The notes below the pieces were generated by a model. It had not been told where the DNA came from, searched no databases, and saw nothing but the letters and a program-made list of their open reading frames with translations. A stretch of 63,068 nucleotides of DNA, the filler included, from Lenisia limosa (taxonomy: Eukaryota > Protista > Breviatea), in assembly GCA_001655205.1 (NCBI GenBank). It is 5 parts of 5 records of this genome, joined end to end, with 100 filler letters (N's around TTAATTAATTAA, not from the genome) between each part and the next. Parts side by side here need not be neighbours in the genome. Positions count along the whole stretch, not along the records: positions 1 to 22,615 come from LPNZ01008266.1; positions 22,716 to 51,552 come from LPNZ01005454.1; 3 more parts are not named here. The stretch is one strand, 5' to 3'. The translations under genes were made by a program, and so were the position numbers. Position 1 is the first letter of the stretch. Each line of letters opens with the position of its first letter. Positions 13,436-24,869 of this stretch are shown piece after piece.

Positions 13436-13829
13436 TTATGGTCTTGGTGCATAACATCTAAAACACGATTCGCGGCTTCAATGAATACAAACAAAAACCT
13501 TGAAAAACAAAGAGAACCACATTTTCCACAAGTCCAATCATAATTACAACAAATAGGAACAAACCTCCTTCCCTCATTTCAACAGGATTCCTATGATTTT
13601 TAACAGCTGCAGTTAAATTATTAAATGATGATCCTTTTGGGTTTGCAAGCCCACATACAATGCAATTAACTGCCTCAGGAGGATTGTGAAATTCACATAC
13701 AGAGGAGAGACATTTCCAAGAGGAACAAGCGTAACCCCCACAAAACTGATAACTAGAATTACAATTTGGACAAAATTTAAAAGAAACATCAACATAACCA
13801 CATCCTTGAGAACACTGCCACTGTTTCAT
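13436..13829 (-). CDS. Small protein with three RanBP2-type zinc fingers, two micro-introns
   Basis: WQCSQGCG..CPNC and WKCLSSVCEFHNPPEAVNCIVC. After removing 13539-13564 (GT-TG) and 13476-13498 (GT-AG) it ends REGDWTCGKCGSLCFSSRESCFRCYAPRP*. Convergent with the RPB11-like gene, 13 bp apart. Confidence 0.85.
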
Positions 13830-14977
13830 TCTAAATTGTTTTCCACTTAATATTTCAATATAGGAATCCCCAAATTAAGTAAAAACCTGGTAAAAACGAA
13901 AAAACGCACTCTGAAAAAAAAACCCTGGGGTTGTGTATAAGTTAAAGCAGGTTGGTAAACCAGAAACTCGGCTCGGATTCCCAGTTCTACTTGTTCTCTC
14001 TTTTGAAGCAGGACTGTGTTGTTAAGTTGACTACGGTTTCAAGTGGCCATTATGGGGTTTCGTTGCTAAAGAAGAATGCTGGCACCTGCACCTACTAGAG
14101 AGGACGAGGGCTTCGTCCAGACGCTTCCTCTGACATATTGTCCTAATGTGTATTTGTTTCCCTTGTCTTGTTTTTAATACATATTTTTTTAAAAAAAAAT
14201 TCCAAGCCGGTTGACTCTAGTTTAGTGTATTATTTTGTCTACTCCTATTTTCATTTGTATTGTTTGAAAAATTAACTAAATTCGAAAATCATCTATTTTT
14301 TAGGAAAGTTCTAGAAACACTGGACTAAAGGCCCATCAATGTAGGAGTCAAACCATTGTCTCAACTCCAAAAAAGTCAAATTAGAACTACAGAATGACTC
14401 TAGCTTAAACCGAGATTGGAAAGGTTCTGAGAGGTAGCGATATAACAAGTTCCTGAAGCAGAATACAATTGCCTCCAGTGAAATACATTCTGTAGACGTA
14501 GGAAGAAGGAAGAGAGGCTTCAAAAGAAGGTAAGGGAAAGCATTGAACTCTTTAATGCTCTACTGTCATTTAAACTAGTTTAATCATTTAGTATTGAAGT
14601 ACCATTGGATTAAACTTATGGGACATCGCATTAAAAGAGAACTTAATCCTTCAGAACCCAAACTCAACATTTATTCAGTTCTGCTGCTCTGTTCTTGGCA
14701 AGTTTCCGGCGTCTCACAGTTTTAAATAATGAAGAAAGTTATGCCTCGAAGTGGGCTTAAAGCGAGATGTCCATCTACCTTTTTGGGTTCGAATCTTGCA
14801 CAACTTTTTTTTACTATTATTCCTACGTTCCAGATTTCATCCAGGAAATGTTACTGTGTTAATCCCTTCCAGTCCACAGCATTGTTGTTTCATTAGTTTC
14901 ACATCATAGTGTTGTTTTTTTGTTTGTTATCTGGATACAATAGATGTATCAGTGTAATGTAATCAAGTCTTATTAAA

Positions 14978-15575
14978 GTGAATGGCAAGATAGCGGGAGA
15001 AGAAACCAGAAAAGGATACTTGGTACAGTCAACTGACAAGTTTACTTCACCCTCTCTTCATGGCTCTAACCCGTCAAACTCTGATCCCGCCACGCCACGC
15101 TTCTTTGTCACATCTTCCTTTGACGAATCGTTAGAGGCCCATGCTGTCATCATTTGTCCCACTGATGCTCCCAGTTCCCCTCCTCCCTCCTGCCCAAAAC
15201 AGTTTATTTCCCTTGCCACTGCCACTGACCAAACACATGTGAGCTGCTTTAAATGTGTAGCTTTGTATTTATATAATGTTCCTCACTGCTTATTTTGTAG
15301 GCTGTTCTATTATGCGCGGCAAAGCTCCTTCACAGGCAACAAATAAGAGTTAGTGGATTTTTAGTTGCATTGGATTTAAACAAATTAAATATGAGTTTTG
15401 ACTATTCTAGGGAAAGTACCCTGTGATAGAGATTGCAGAAGCGGGATTTTTAGCTAACTTTTTCGCAACAGAGGTACCAGTTATCGGTACTTTTCGTATT
15501 TATCCGCCTTTGGATGTAGTTGAATTGGAGGACTCTTCGTCGCTTTCTTCTGCGAAGAGAAAGGCGTCACGGTAA
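14978..15575 (+). CDS. Putative spliced gene of unknown function
   Basis: ORF 14978 can be joined through GT..AG introns to AVLLCAAKLLHRQQIR and GKYPVIEIAEAG...AKRKASR*. No domain recognised and start uncertain. Confidence 0.35.
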
Positions 15576-16292
15576 GGATTTACATTGTCTCGGCACTTTT
15601 TGTTGCCGAATTGCTTGTCCAAGGTAACCGTATGGCTGAAACACCTCCACAAGAACGGAGTCATTGCCAATTACCTGGACTGTTATTGATTGAGTGAAGT
15701 CACCAACGGCAGTCAACCTAACAATCAAACAATATTCTACCCATAACTCCACCCTCCACTGACCTGAATAACGCCGTTAGCCGAGAAGGCAACGTGGACA
15801 GTGGCGTCAATGTGAGCAACAAACGCCATGCGCGTCTTCTGGACACTCTAACACATGAGAAAAGAGGAGGAACACAGAAAGCTCTCCACATACCAAAGCG
15901 ATTTCGGAGTTTGGGGTAACCGCCTGCAACAAAGCAGCTCCACTGTTTTCACCGCCGACTCTGAGTTCGGCCCAGTCCCACAGGCTCAGCGGGAGAGTGG
16001 TCCTTTTGGAAACAATCGTGAGGACACATCCAGAGGAACACAGTCCTCCACAGTGAATAAGTAGTGAAGTGCTTAAAGACAAGAGGGGAGTCGTTGAGTT
16101 TGGTCAGTCAGGGTTTGTATTTGGGGGAACAAGAAAGAAATCCAGAAGAACACAAGGAACACCCAAAGCTTACAAGTTGGTAGTCAAGACGAACGGTCGT
16201 TGATGCCTTGTCCAGAGCTGCCATGGTGACCTGGTAGGCCTGGAGGTGGTTGGTGCTCAACACACTGCCGGTGGTGAACTTACTTCCATTGA
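15500..16292 (-). CDS. 3' part of a multi-exon gene of unknown function (possibly pseudogene); upstream intron carries the pogo insertion
   Basis: GC3-rich exons (VNGSKFTTGSVLSTNHLQAYQVTMAALDK; SVQKTRMAFVAHIDATVHVAFSANG) bounded by GT..AG. One phase inconsistency is unresolved. Confidence 0.5.
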
Positions 16293-16344
16293 CTGAAACT
16301 ATTAAAAATGATGCAATCGTTCACCACTATATATGATATATGTA

Positions 16345-17800
16345 GGTGAAGGTACATAATTGTGTCCAGTCACATTATTGTGTCCACTTTTTCATTCTTT
16401 GAATTTTTGGATAAAATTCCAAAAATTTTCTTTAAAAACCCTTCGTATGGATAATTGTAGATAAATATTCATGTATTGATGTAATTAATTATTTTGGGCT
16501 GAGGCCTGATTCCACGATGTCATTTTTTGACTCCTAAATTGTGATATTAAAGAGTAACTAATGTTGCATATTTACTCTTGCCTCAATGCACTCTTTTTCT
16601 TGACTCCTAATGTTGTGAGCTTTTGGGCTTCTAAATGTTGTTAGAGAAGAAGAAAGAATAGTGATTCTAAGGAACAGTTCTCCCCACTTTTTCGATCTTC
16701 AATTTCCTTCTTTTTCTCTTGCAACAAGACGTCAGCCCAGTGTTTTTCGGTCTTCGGGGCGATTGATTTGCGAGCTTTGGGAGATGGCTCAAAAGTGATG
16801 TTTGGGTCAGTGCCAATTAAAGGATTTTCTTCCCAAGGGAGACTCCCAGAATTTTGCTGATAGAACTTGATATCAGCTTCAGTGAGAGCATCTCTCTCAT
16901 GAACAATACCTTCCCACGCTTTCTTTGCTTCTTCGGCAGTCGACAATTCGTCTTTAGCAGACCTGCTGTGCTGTATCAAATCCGGTGTGTTCAACAGGCA
17001 AGTAGAGGGCCGTTTGTAGAGAAGGTTGGAGGGCATGAGCAAATGCACACTCCGAATTTGGTAAGTGCGAAGCTGTCTTGGCAGGGTCAACGAAAAGCTT
17101 TGGTTAAGGAAGAGAAATCACAAAGAGGGATGCTCGAGCAAACGCCGACTTAATCTTGTCCTTGGAGGTTGCAATATGCAGGCCCTCTAGAGAAGACTTG
17201 ATCGCGCAGCACCTGTTAATCGCAGAAGAACTAATGTCCACAGGTTTGTTTCTTGACAGCAAGTCCTTCAGAATATTGGGGAGGACGCACTTCAAGATTT
17301 CAAAGGTCACAAGATATAGGGGTTGGGTGGCTTGGGAAGAATGGGATGTTAGCATGTAAAACTGGTGCATATCGGGAGGTATGACCATCCACGATAAACA
17401 GAGCAGGAGCAGAGGAAGGCAGATCAAACCTCGCCCTATTAGCCTCAACTGCAGGTATGAAAGTGTCACAAACGTACTCTGTGAATGATTTAACCGTCTA
17501 CAAGACTGTAATAAGCTTGTCATTCTAAACAAATAACAAATTCCAAGTACCTGCCATCCATTTGAAGCTTCAGTCAGCTGAGCACTGTGTTCTTCAAGTA
17601 TGCTGTTCTCTGGAGAGGAGGTCTTTTGACCATCCAAGAAAACAAGAGGGACACAGCTGAGGTTGGTGTTATAAATGTTTTTCATGTTTCTCAAAGAGAG
17701 TCCTGTGAGAGAGTAACAAAACCCTTTCACCTGATTGTAACCGCAAGAGACCCTGCAGCGACAACCAAGGAGGTATTAGTAAATTAATATAAAATATTCT
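16345..17800 (-). mobile_element. pogo/CENP-B-like (DDE_1) transposon remnant with introns and a right TIR
   Basis: Frames give EASNGWQ, ALFIVDGHTSR and HSSQATQPLYLVTFEILK (DDE_1 GW, DGHxSH and QPLD motifs, last D changed to Y, frameshifted). TA followed by GGTGAAGGTACATAATTGTGTCCA... at 16343-16392. N-terminus missing. Confidence 0.75.
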
Positions 17801-17884
17801 TTTATTGTCTGCTACGGTTACTTGGTACTTCTTTGCCAATATTACTCATTAACTACAGTTAACAACATATACTATGTTATTTCT

Positions 17885-17991
17885 CCAAAACCCGGTTGTT
17901 TTTGGGATATCCCGTCACTTTTGAATAAATGGCGCCATAAGACCTCAATAATCCAATATTTTACTATTCTATCTAGCAGAAAGTAAAAATT
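17885..17991. repeat. ~107-bp repeat, inverted copy of 147-253
   Basis: See 147-253. Runs into poly-A and an assembly gap. Confidence 0.85.
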
Positions 17992-19281
17992 TTCAAAATT
18001 AAAAAAAAAAAAAAAAAAAANNNNNNNNNNNNNNNNNNNNNNNNNNNNNNNNNNNNNNNNNNNNNNNNNNNNNNNNNNNNNNNNNNNNNNNNNNNNNNNN
18101 NNNNNNNNNNNTCACATTTTTTTTCACAGAATCAAGAAGAAGACATCTTCCATGGAAAAGCCGGCGAAATGAAATTTAAACAGACTCCCGCTGAAAACCA
18201 TCACGCCTATTGTTACCTACCATTCAAGCCGATTGAGACAGTGAGGGACTGACGCATCTGACTTATTTGAATCTTAACGACGTTAAAAGAACTACAAAGA
18301 ATACTAACTGTAAGTACATACCTCTAACAGTGAAAATATATGACGAAGAACCTTTATAAGCAAATGTTATAACCATCCCAGTTAACCATACATATATATG
18401 AAAGGTGACATTGAGTTTCAAAAGTTGATTGTGTCTTCAAAGTTGTCAACTGCACTTTTCCCCTTTTCCTCCGAGCTTGATACCCACTCTTCCAGTTCTC
18501 CACCCGCAACCATTTTGAAAATCCTAAATAGTAAACAGCAAATAGAAAAGAATGCAACAAATAAGCATAAAAAAATTAATGAGGTCACGATAATTGGGAA
18601 GAATATTAAGGCTATCTAAAGTTGAAAAGACCAGAATTTGCCAGAACCTAAAACGCGGAGAGGCAAAGGTGAAATGTAGAAGCAGTTGAAAAACACTATC
18701 AGAAGACATAGTACATCTAGCCCAGTAGAATGAACCCCAATTTCTCTTAAAGGAAACAATGAGCGGGGGATTCTCTTGCACTTGCTTGAAACTTGAGAAC
18801 GCGGAAGAGTCGACAACTTTCCGGTCTGGAACAAGAGAGGAGGACCGGCGGCGGATCGGGAAGTACTACAGATTTGAACTTTGAGCTCCAGATTTGCACC
18901 GATCTGTGTATAAAAAGAAATATTGGGTAGAAGAAATTCAAAAACCTTCTGTTTTTGACGCGTTTCAAATTACACTTTCTTGCTTTAAGAATTCAGCGCC
19001 TCTTTGCAGCTGTTATTTAACCCATCGTAAAAATATATTCGCCTCTTGGGCTCCTAGGTCAATTGACAAATTATATATTTATACTCATTTAAAACAGATA
19101 CAAAAGCGAGATATGAATCGAAATTTTTTTGAGTTTCATTCTTGCACAGGTTTATTTATTAAAAACAAAAACAAAAATCACTCGTTTTTCTTTTTTGGGT
19201 GAAACAATTTTCTAATATTTGATAACGACAGCTCACAAATTTTGACTTCGAACGCTCTTCTTTGATGACACAAAAAATATA

Positions 19282-19644
19282 TTAAAAGTTCACTACAGTA
19301 ACCTCAACATCCACTCCAGGTTCAATAGAAATTGATGTCACCTGTTTAACAACTTCAGGAGGGCTGAAAAGATCAATAACCCTTTTATGAATTCTCATTT
19401 CATAGCGATCCCAAGTTTTTGAACCTTCACCACAAGGAGTTTTTCGAGTAGTTATCTTTAAAGTTTTTGTAGGCATTCTTACAGGTCCCTTAAGCTTTAA
19501 CTTTCTCTGGTTTGCCCTTTCAATCAGGTCTTTACAAACAAGTTAGAATTACGAAGTACCTTTTTCAAGTCCAATGACACTTCTAGAAGACAAAGTAATT
19601 CGAATTCTGTGGTCATTGGTAGATGATTCCTTAACAAGAGACAT
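19282..19644 (-). CDS. RPS20: 40S ribosomal protein S20 (uS10), one 21-nt intron
   Basis: [28 protein letters not shown]|[50 protein letters not shown]. Intron 19539-19559 (GTACTTCGTAATTCTAACTTG) contains two in-frame stops. Confidence 0.95.
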
Positions 19645-20364
19645 ATCTGATTCCGAAATAAAAGAATTTAAATTTGATACACATTTTTATTTTAATACTA
19701 TTATCAGTCTTGATAATTCAAAAGAAACAAAGTGCATTTGGTATAGTTTGCTCAAAACTGCGGGATCTATCAACCAACAGTACTTTTTTGGCCCACTATG
19801 ACTAACAGCTCACTATTGGCTTACACTAGTTACTTTTTTGGAGACTGCCCCTAGCAAGAGGAATTTATAAACAGTTATGGGGACTGTAAGTTCTCTATTT
19901 AGTTTTATTTCTTCTTCTTACTTCTTTCATTATCCAACATTTTTAAAGGAGTTTCTTTTTTATCTTGAGAGAAACAGCTTTTTTTTACAACAAATAATAA
20001 AATATCCCCAGTCAGGCTTGGGTTTTAAAGCGGGAGTCCAAATGGTGATTGTAGGGAAATTCTCCTAAAACCCCACCTAAGTATGTAACATGTAGTCAAA
20101 GCGGTTAAGCGATCGTAGATCTCATGGCGGATTATCTGACTTGGTGAATGTGCAAATGCTGGGCATTTGTCTCCGCCGCCTTCAACCTACGCCCTTCCCG
20201 CTCTCCTATTCTCTATATTCCTTTCCCCGTTGTTGCTATCGGTTGTGATTAATTAATTATTATTATTACTGTTTATAGTTAGAAGAGACAGATTAACAGT
20301 CTCTCCCTCTCTCTCTCTCCACTTTCACATCACCCCTTCCGGGTATGTCATAGAGTGAAAAAAA

Positions 20365-21780
20365 ATGTTGTCTCTGAACCCTGAACGTGTATTGTATTAT
20401 TTTATTTTACTTTTTAGGGATTTACTTACTCTTCCGCCATCCCTCAAAGTTTCACCAACATTATTGTTAAAAATCCTCCAAATGCACTGCCAAATGGAAG
20501 CCCCCATTGATGTGAGTTGTCTCTTCAAAACTATTAATCTTAAATAGCTCCCAAGCGCCTATCACCCCATTTCAAACGAACTTATTCAACAAGTGAGGCA
20601 AGCTGTCAAATAAGTATCCTGGATGTTAACACTGTTTAGAGATGGTGTCAAGATCATCCAAATTCTGTTGCAATCTGTGGGGACGGGAACTGTTTTTGGT
20701 ACTCGCTATGTTACAAAGTTGGTGGCTATTGTATATATGTTGTTATCTCTAAGTTCTTTGGTGGAAACTATGTGCATACCCTTCGTAATGTTATTTCTGA
20801 GATTCTGGAGAGAAATTGTATGCTCCTTCCTGAAGTCTGGGTTTGTGAGAAGCTAGCTGGTTCACCATTTAGTCAAATGAAAGAAAAGAGAAAGCTATCC
20901 GAGATATAGAAACAGATTTTACCTATGCTGGAGANNNNNNNNNNTGTTCTTTTTCTTGTATCCCAAGTTTTATGGTGTGAAAAAAGGAGCAGCTGTAACA
21001 CGCTCTCTACCATGTTTCCTTCACCATTTTAGTATTTCAATTAGAATTATTAGAGAGCAAGGTGAAGAAGTTGAGGAAACAATTGGCTCAGAGGGCCCCT
21101 TGCTATCACTTTACCAGTCCAACGAGTATGTTTTTCAAAATGTTTATTGTTTTAAGACATTTTGACATCTTTGATGATAACACCGAAATTGAAAAATCAA
21201 GGAAACGCCAGCGACAACAGCATGGTCAGGTTCGTTTGAGTGTGCTACTGGTTATTTTCAGGAACATTTATTTCCAAATCACTCAGATGATGAAACATCA
21301 GAGGATGATGAAGCACTTATTCAAGATCAAAATAACACAAACACTGAATTTGCTCAACAAACTGTCTTTGCTGAAAACAACAGTATGCTATGTGATTGTT
21401 ATCTCATACTTGCAGTTGAAAAGGTTGAAGGAAAGTCGTCTATTGAGGTTGATGAATCTAGTCATTTTGACAATGCTGTCAGTGCAGGTTGGTATATTTT
21501 CTCTGCGTTATTCATGCATATTGGAGATGATATACATATGTATACTGTTATTATTTTTTGGAACACAGTTTCTTCATGTGAATATCCATTGCTGCAGAAT
21601 AATAAGATAGGCTTACCATCTCTAGTGATTCAAGAAGGAGCAGGAGTCAAGTCACCTGAACCATGGGAGAAGCCTATATCTGAAATGAGAAGAGATGAGT
21701 ATTGCAGAATGTTAACAAGTACTCATGATCATTTACCAAGATATTCAACTGAGCAAGGTTCGCTACTTCATTTCGACTAA
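20365..21780 (+). CDS. OTU-domain cysteine protease/deubiquitinase-like protein with an acidic C-terminal region
   Basis: Spliced exons give AICGDGNCFWYSL (OTU Cys loop), HTLRNVISEIL, and LYQSN-x-HFDI (His loop). Canonical introns mostly 31-50 nt. Start uncertain and a small gap lies inside. Confidence 0.7.
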
Positions 21781-22569
21781 CACTCTACAGTCACTCTACG
21801 CAAATGGAGCTATGTATCGGTGACTAACAACATGCGAACTAAATATTCAGGAACCATTGGTTTGTCTTTCACTTAACTTACTCCGCTCAACTCACTCCAG
21901 ATGTTAATACTCTCGCTATACAACCAAGTGCAACCCCGGGGTATTGCCCCAATGCAGGTTTGGGCTGATTTCCAATTAAATCATTACTCTTTAGCCAGAT
22001 CATCGTATCATAGAAATAATCAAGTGACTCTCGGAAACGCAAATTGAATGTTATGGAACCTGATTCAGAGCATTGCCATCCAAGTTCGACTCTTTTCCCC
22101 TTTTGACTTCACAGCTGGATTCAGGGAATGTTGATAGGCTTGTTTCCAATTTACCTCTGGCGCAATGGAGCTTTGTGATTTATGAATCCGGGAGGTCCCA
22201 TTGGCTATGCAGTCCACTATTAAACCAACTCTCCTCGTTGTTTTCAACGTCTTTACAAAAAATTGTTGAAGAAAACCCATCAAGATTTGGAGTACTCCCC
22301 GGATCCACTTCGCACCAATCGTCAGTTTTAACCGCCACGGANNNNNNNNNNNNNATATTTCCTATTATAGTCCACTTTTTCAGCATTATTAATTTCATGT
22401 CATAAGGCAACGTATACTTCATTGATCATCTCCAAAAGGGCTGTACTCAATATATTAATCTCATTCAACGTATATATATTGTAGATAATTATATGAAAAA
22501 TAGTGAGATATTATTAATTATTCTACAAATATATTTTTATCTGATTTTCATATAGTATATATATATATA

Positions 22570-22615
22570 GGTGGAGGCACATGAGTGTGGGCACCCACAT
22601 GAGTGTGGGCACTTT
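22570..22615. mobile_element. TIR-like transposon end related to 16345-16392
   Basis: TA then GGTGGAGGC-ACATGAGTGTGGGCA-CCC-ACATGAGTGTGGGCA-CTTT, the same architecture as the pogo TIR. Cut by the scaffold end. Confidence 0.6.
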
Positions 22616-22659
22616 NNNNNNNNNNNNNNNNNNNNNNNNNNNNNNNNNNNNNNNNNNNN

Positions 22660-22671
22660 TTAATTAATTAA
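22660..22671. other. Artificial scaffold linker TTAATTAATTAA (also 51597-51608, 60352-60363, 61722-61733)
   Basis: Identical six-frame-stop 12-mer embedded in N runs four times. Confidence 0.95.
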
Positions 22672-22715
22672 NNNNNNNNNNNNNNNNNNNNNNNNNNNNN
22701 NNNNNNNNNNNNNNN

Positions 22716-24621
22716 TAGCAGCGCAAGCATCAGGAGCAGCTGTTGCGTCAGCGCAAGATGAGCCTGCCGGGCACTGTGTACAGGATGTTTCGGTGTTTCC
22801 AGTGGCATACCATCCGGTTAAACAATTAGTGCAAGTTGAAGTTCCACTTGCAGAATGCTTACCAGGACCACAATCAGCAGGAACAGAGGAAGGCGTAGCA
22901 CAGCTTTGACCAGCAGGACAAGGAGAACAAACAGAGTTCACAGNNNNNNNNNNAGTTGGATCTGCACACATGTAGCCTGCAGGACAATTAACACAGCTCG
23001 TAGTACCGACAGGGGAAGACTGTCCGGCTGCACAAATCACAGGAGCTACACTGGTACTGGCACAGCTGTACCCTTCAGGACAAGACGTGCAGCTCGTAGC
23101 ACCGTCCAAAGAATACTCGGTAGCAGCGCAAGCATCAGGAGCAGCTGTTGCGTCAGCGCAAGATGAGCCTGCCGGGCACTGTGTACAGGATGTTTCAGTG
23201 TTTCCAGTAGCATACCATCCGGTAGTACAAGAAGAACAAGCAGCCAATCCACCACCAGAGTACTTTCCGGCTCCACAGTCGACTGGAGCAACGGACGGGT
23301 CAAGACAAGACTTTCCCACAGGGCAGGGGGTACAAGAAGAAGCCGATGTAGAGGAGTACGATCCAGGAGAACAGATATCTTTCATCCCAGTCAAACAGAA
23401 GGAACCAGCAGGACACGGTAAACAGGCTGTTGAGGAACTGTATTCGGTATCCACACACTGAACCTTTCCGGTACCATCAGTATTAGGGCAAGCCCAACCA
23501 GAAGGACACATATCGCATGACGTACCATCACTTGAAGAAATCTCACCCGCGGAACATTCCTAAAAACAGTGTAAGAGTACATTTGAGAGACCCTGCGTTG
23601 ACTGTACTGTTGAGAAATGAGTATGGCTTCGCTCTGTCCAAAAAATCTGAAATTGTCGACAAAACTGAGAAATATTGATATTTTATTGTTAATCTTTTGC
23701 AGACTTAATGAAGTATTAGATATGAGAGACTAAAAAAAATGCAATATTTAGCGGAACATGCTTTGTTTACTACAAATTGATAGCTCAAATATTAGCGTAA
23801 ATAAAATCCTCATGAAACGCAATGTAAGTATGTTTAAAATGTGTAAGTGTGATATCCTGGTTCCGGTTCTTAGTTCTGTTTTTCTGGTTGTCGGTTCTCA
23901 GATTTTGAACTCAATTTTTCCATTTTAAAGCTTCACTCCCGATTCCAGTTTTCGGTTACCATATTTTGAAAAGAGTCGTTTCTGGTTTTTTCATCCCCAG
24001 GTTGGTCATTTATTTCTCTAATTGTTCTCTTTTTTCTCTCTTTCTACACACAATTAGAAAAATTGTAACCAAAAGTGAAGTTTCAATTTTGAGACCTAAC
24101 TATAAATAATATTTACCTCGGTAACCCTATACCATTATTTCTAAGGTAGCAAAGTATAGGCCCTAGATATCAGTTTTGGCATGTCAGAGGAGGAAAAGTA
24201 AACCTTGAGGGGTATGCTTATTGTATGATAGTATCTCATAAGGCATAAACAAGAGCTTCACCTTTACATGTGAAATATCAATTTAAAGACACAGTTTAAC
24301 CCACGGCAGATTCCCATCATACTGAGCAAGTTCCACTTGTCGACTGTCCAAGAGCTGTTGAGGCTGTTCCTGCGGGACACTTCGTGGGCGCGTCTAATCC
24401 ACCAGTACAACTGCGAGGATTAGTCCAAGAAGTGACTGTTACACCTTAAATAAACGTAATATTATCATTCCCACTCACTAATAACCAGCATGACACTGGA
24501 GGCAAGATCCAGAGTCAAAAAATTCCCCTGTCGAACAAGATGCCTGGCAGAATTGAGACAAACATAATAACAAAACTAATAGTAAGGGGGATAAACCCCT
24601 GAGTCTTGGTTCAACTGACAT
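22716..24621 (-). CDS. Secreted/surface Cys-rich repeat protein (GCC2/GCC3, ephrin-receptor-like CPAG repeats), 3' truncated
   Basis: Signal-peptide-like MSVEPRLRGLSPLLLVLLLCLSQFCQA at 24621. Repeats such as CLPCPAGSFC, CTPCPVGKSC, CTQCPAGSSC. 405-nt internal duplication. The joining of the 5' exons to the main ORF is inferred. Confidence 0.85.
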
Positions 24622-24869
24622 TAAACTTTACATTGAGCACTAAATTTTCGTTAAAAAATAGCACATTAGAGATTACACTTTAAAATAATTATTATCTAAA
24701 CAGGTTCGATGTCATTAGCTTTTCTTTTTCAAACATTGTTTCAAAACAATTCAATAGATCAATTACGGTCCCGTGCGGTAACCAGGCCCTAAGCCCTTTT
24801 TAATTTGATGTGATTCTTTTCCTCCCCCTTTTAAAACGTTGAATAGCATTTTAACGTGTAAATAAAACG

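Noticed and set aside
13458-13564. Hydrophobic transmembrane-like tail in the ORF-track translation of the RanBP2 gene
   Set aside because: It is intron read-through plus a frameshift; splicing yields a canonical third zinc finger.
14020-14136. Weak U3 snoRNA-like 5' sequence, a hairpin and a terminal CTGA
   Set aside because: Too short, with no box B or C; similarity could be chance.
15500-15575. Antisense coding overlap between two convergent genes
   Set aside because: Both gene models are uncertain and the minus-strand one has an unresolved phase conflict.
16400-16640. Fanzor/TnpB-like nuclease next to the pogo transposase
   Set aside because: No ORF with RuvC or zinc-finger motifs between the transposase and the TIR.
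22660-22671. TTAATTAATTAA as a biological motif or piggyBac-type target site
   Set aside because: Always embedded in N runs, so it is a concatenation spacer. Gene adjacency across these points has no meaning.
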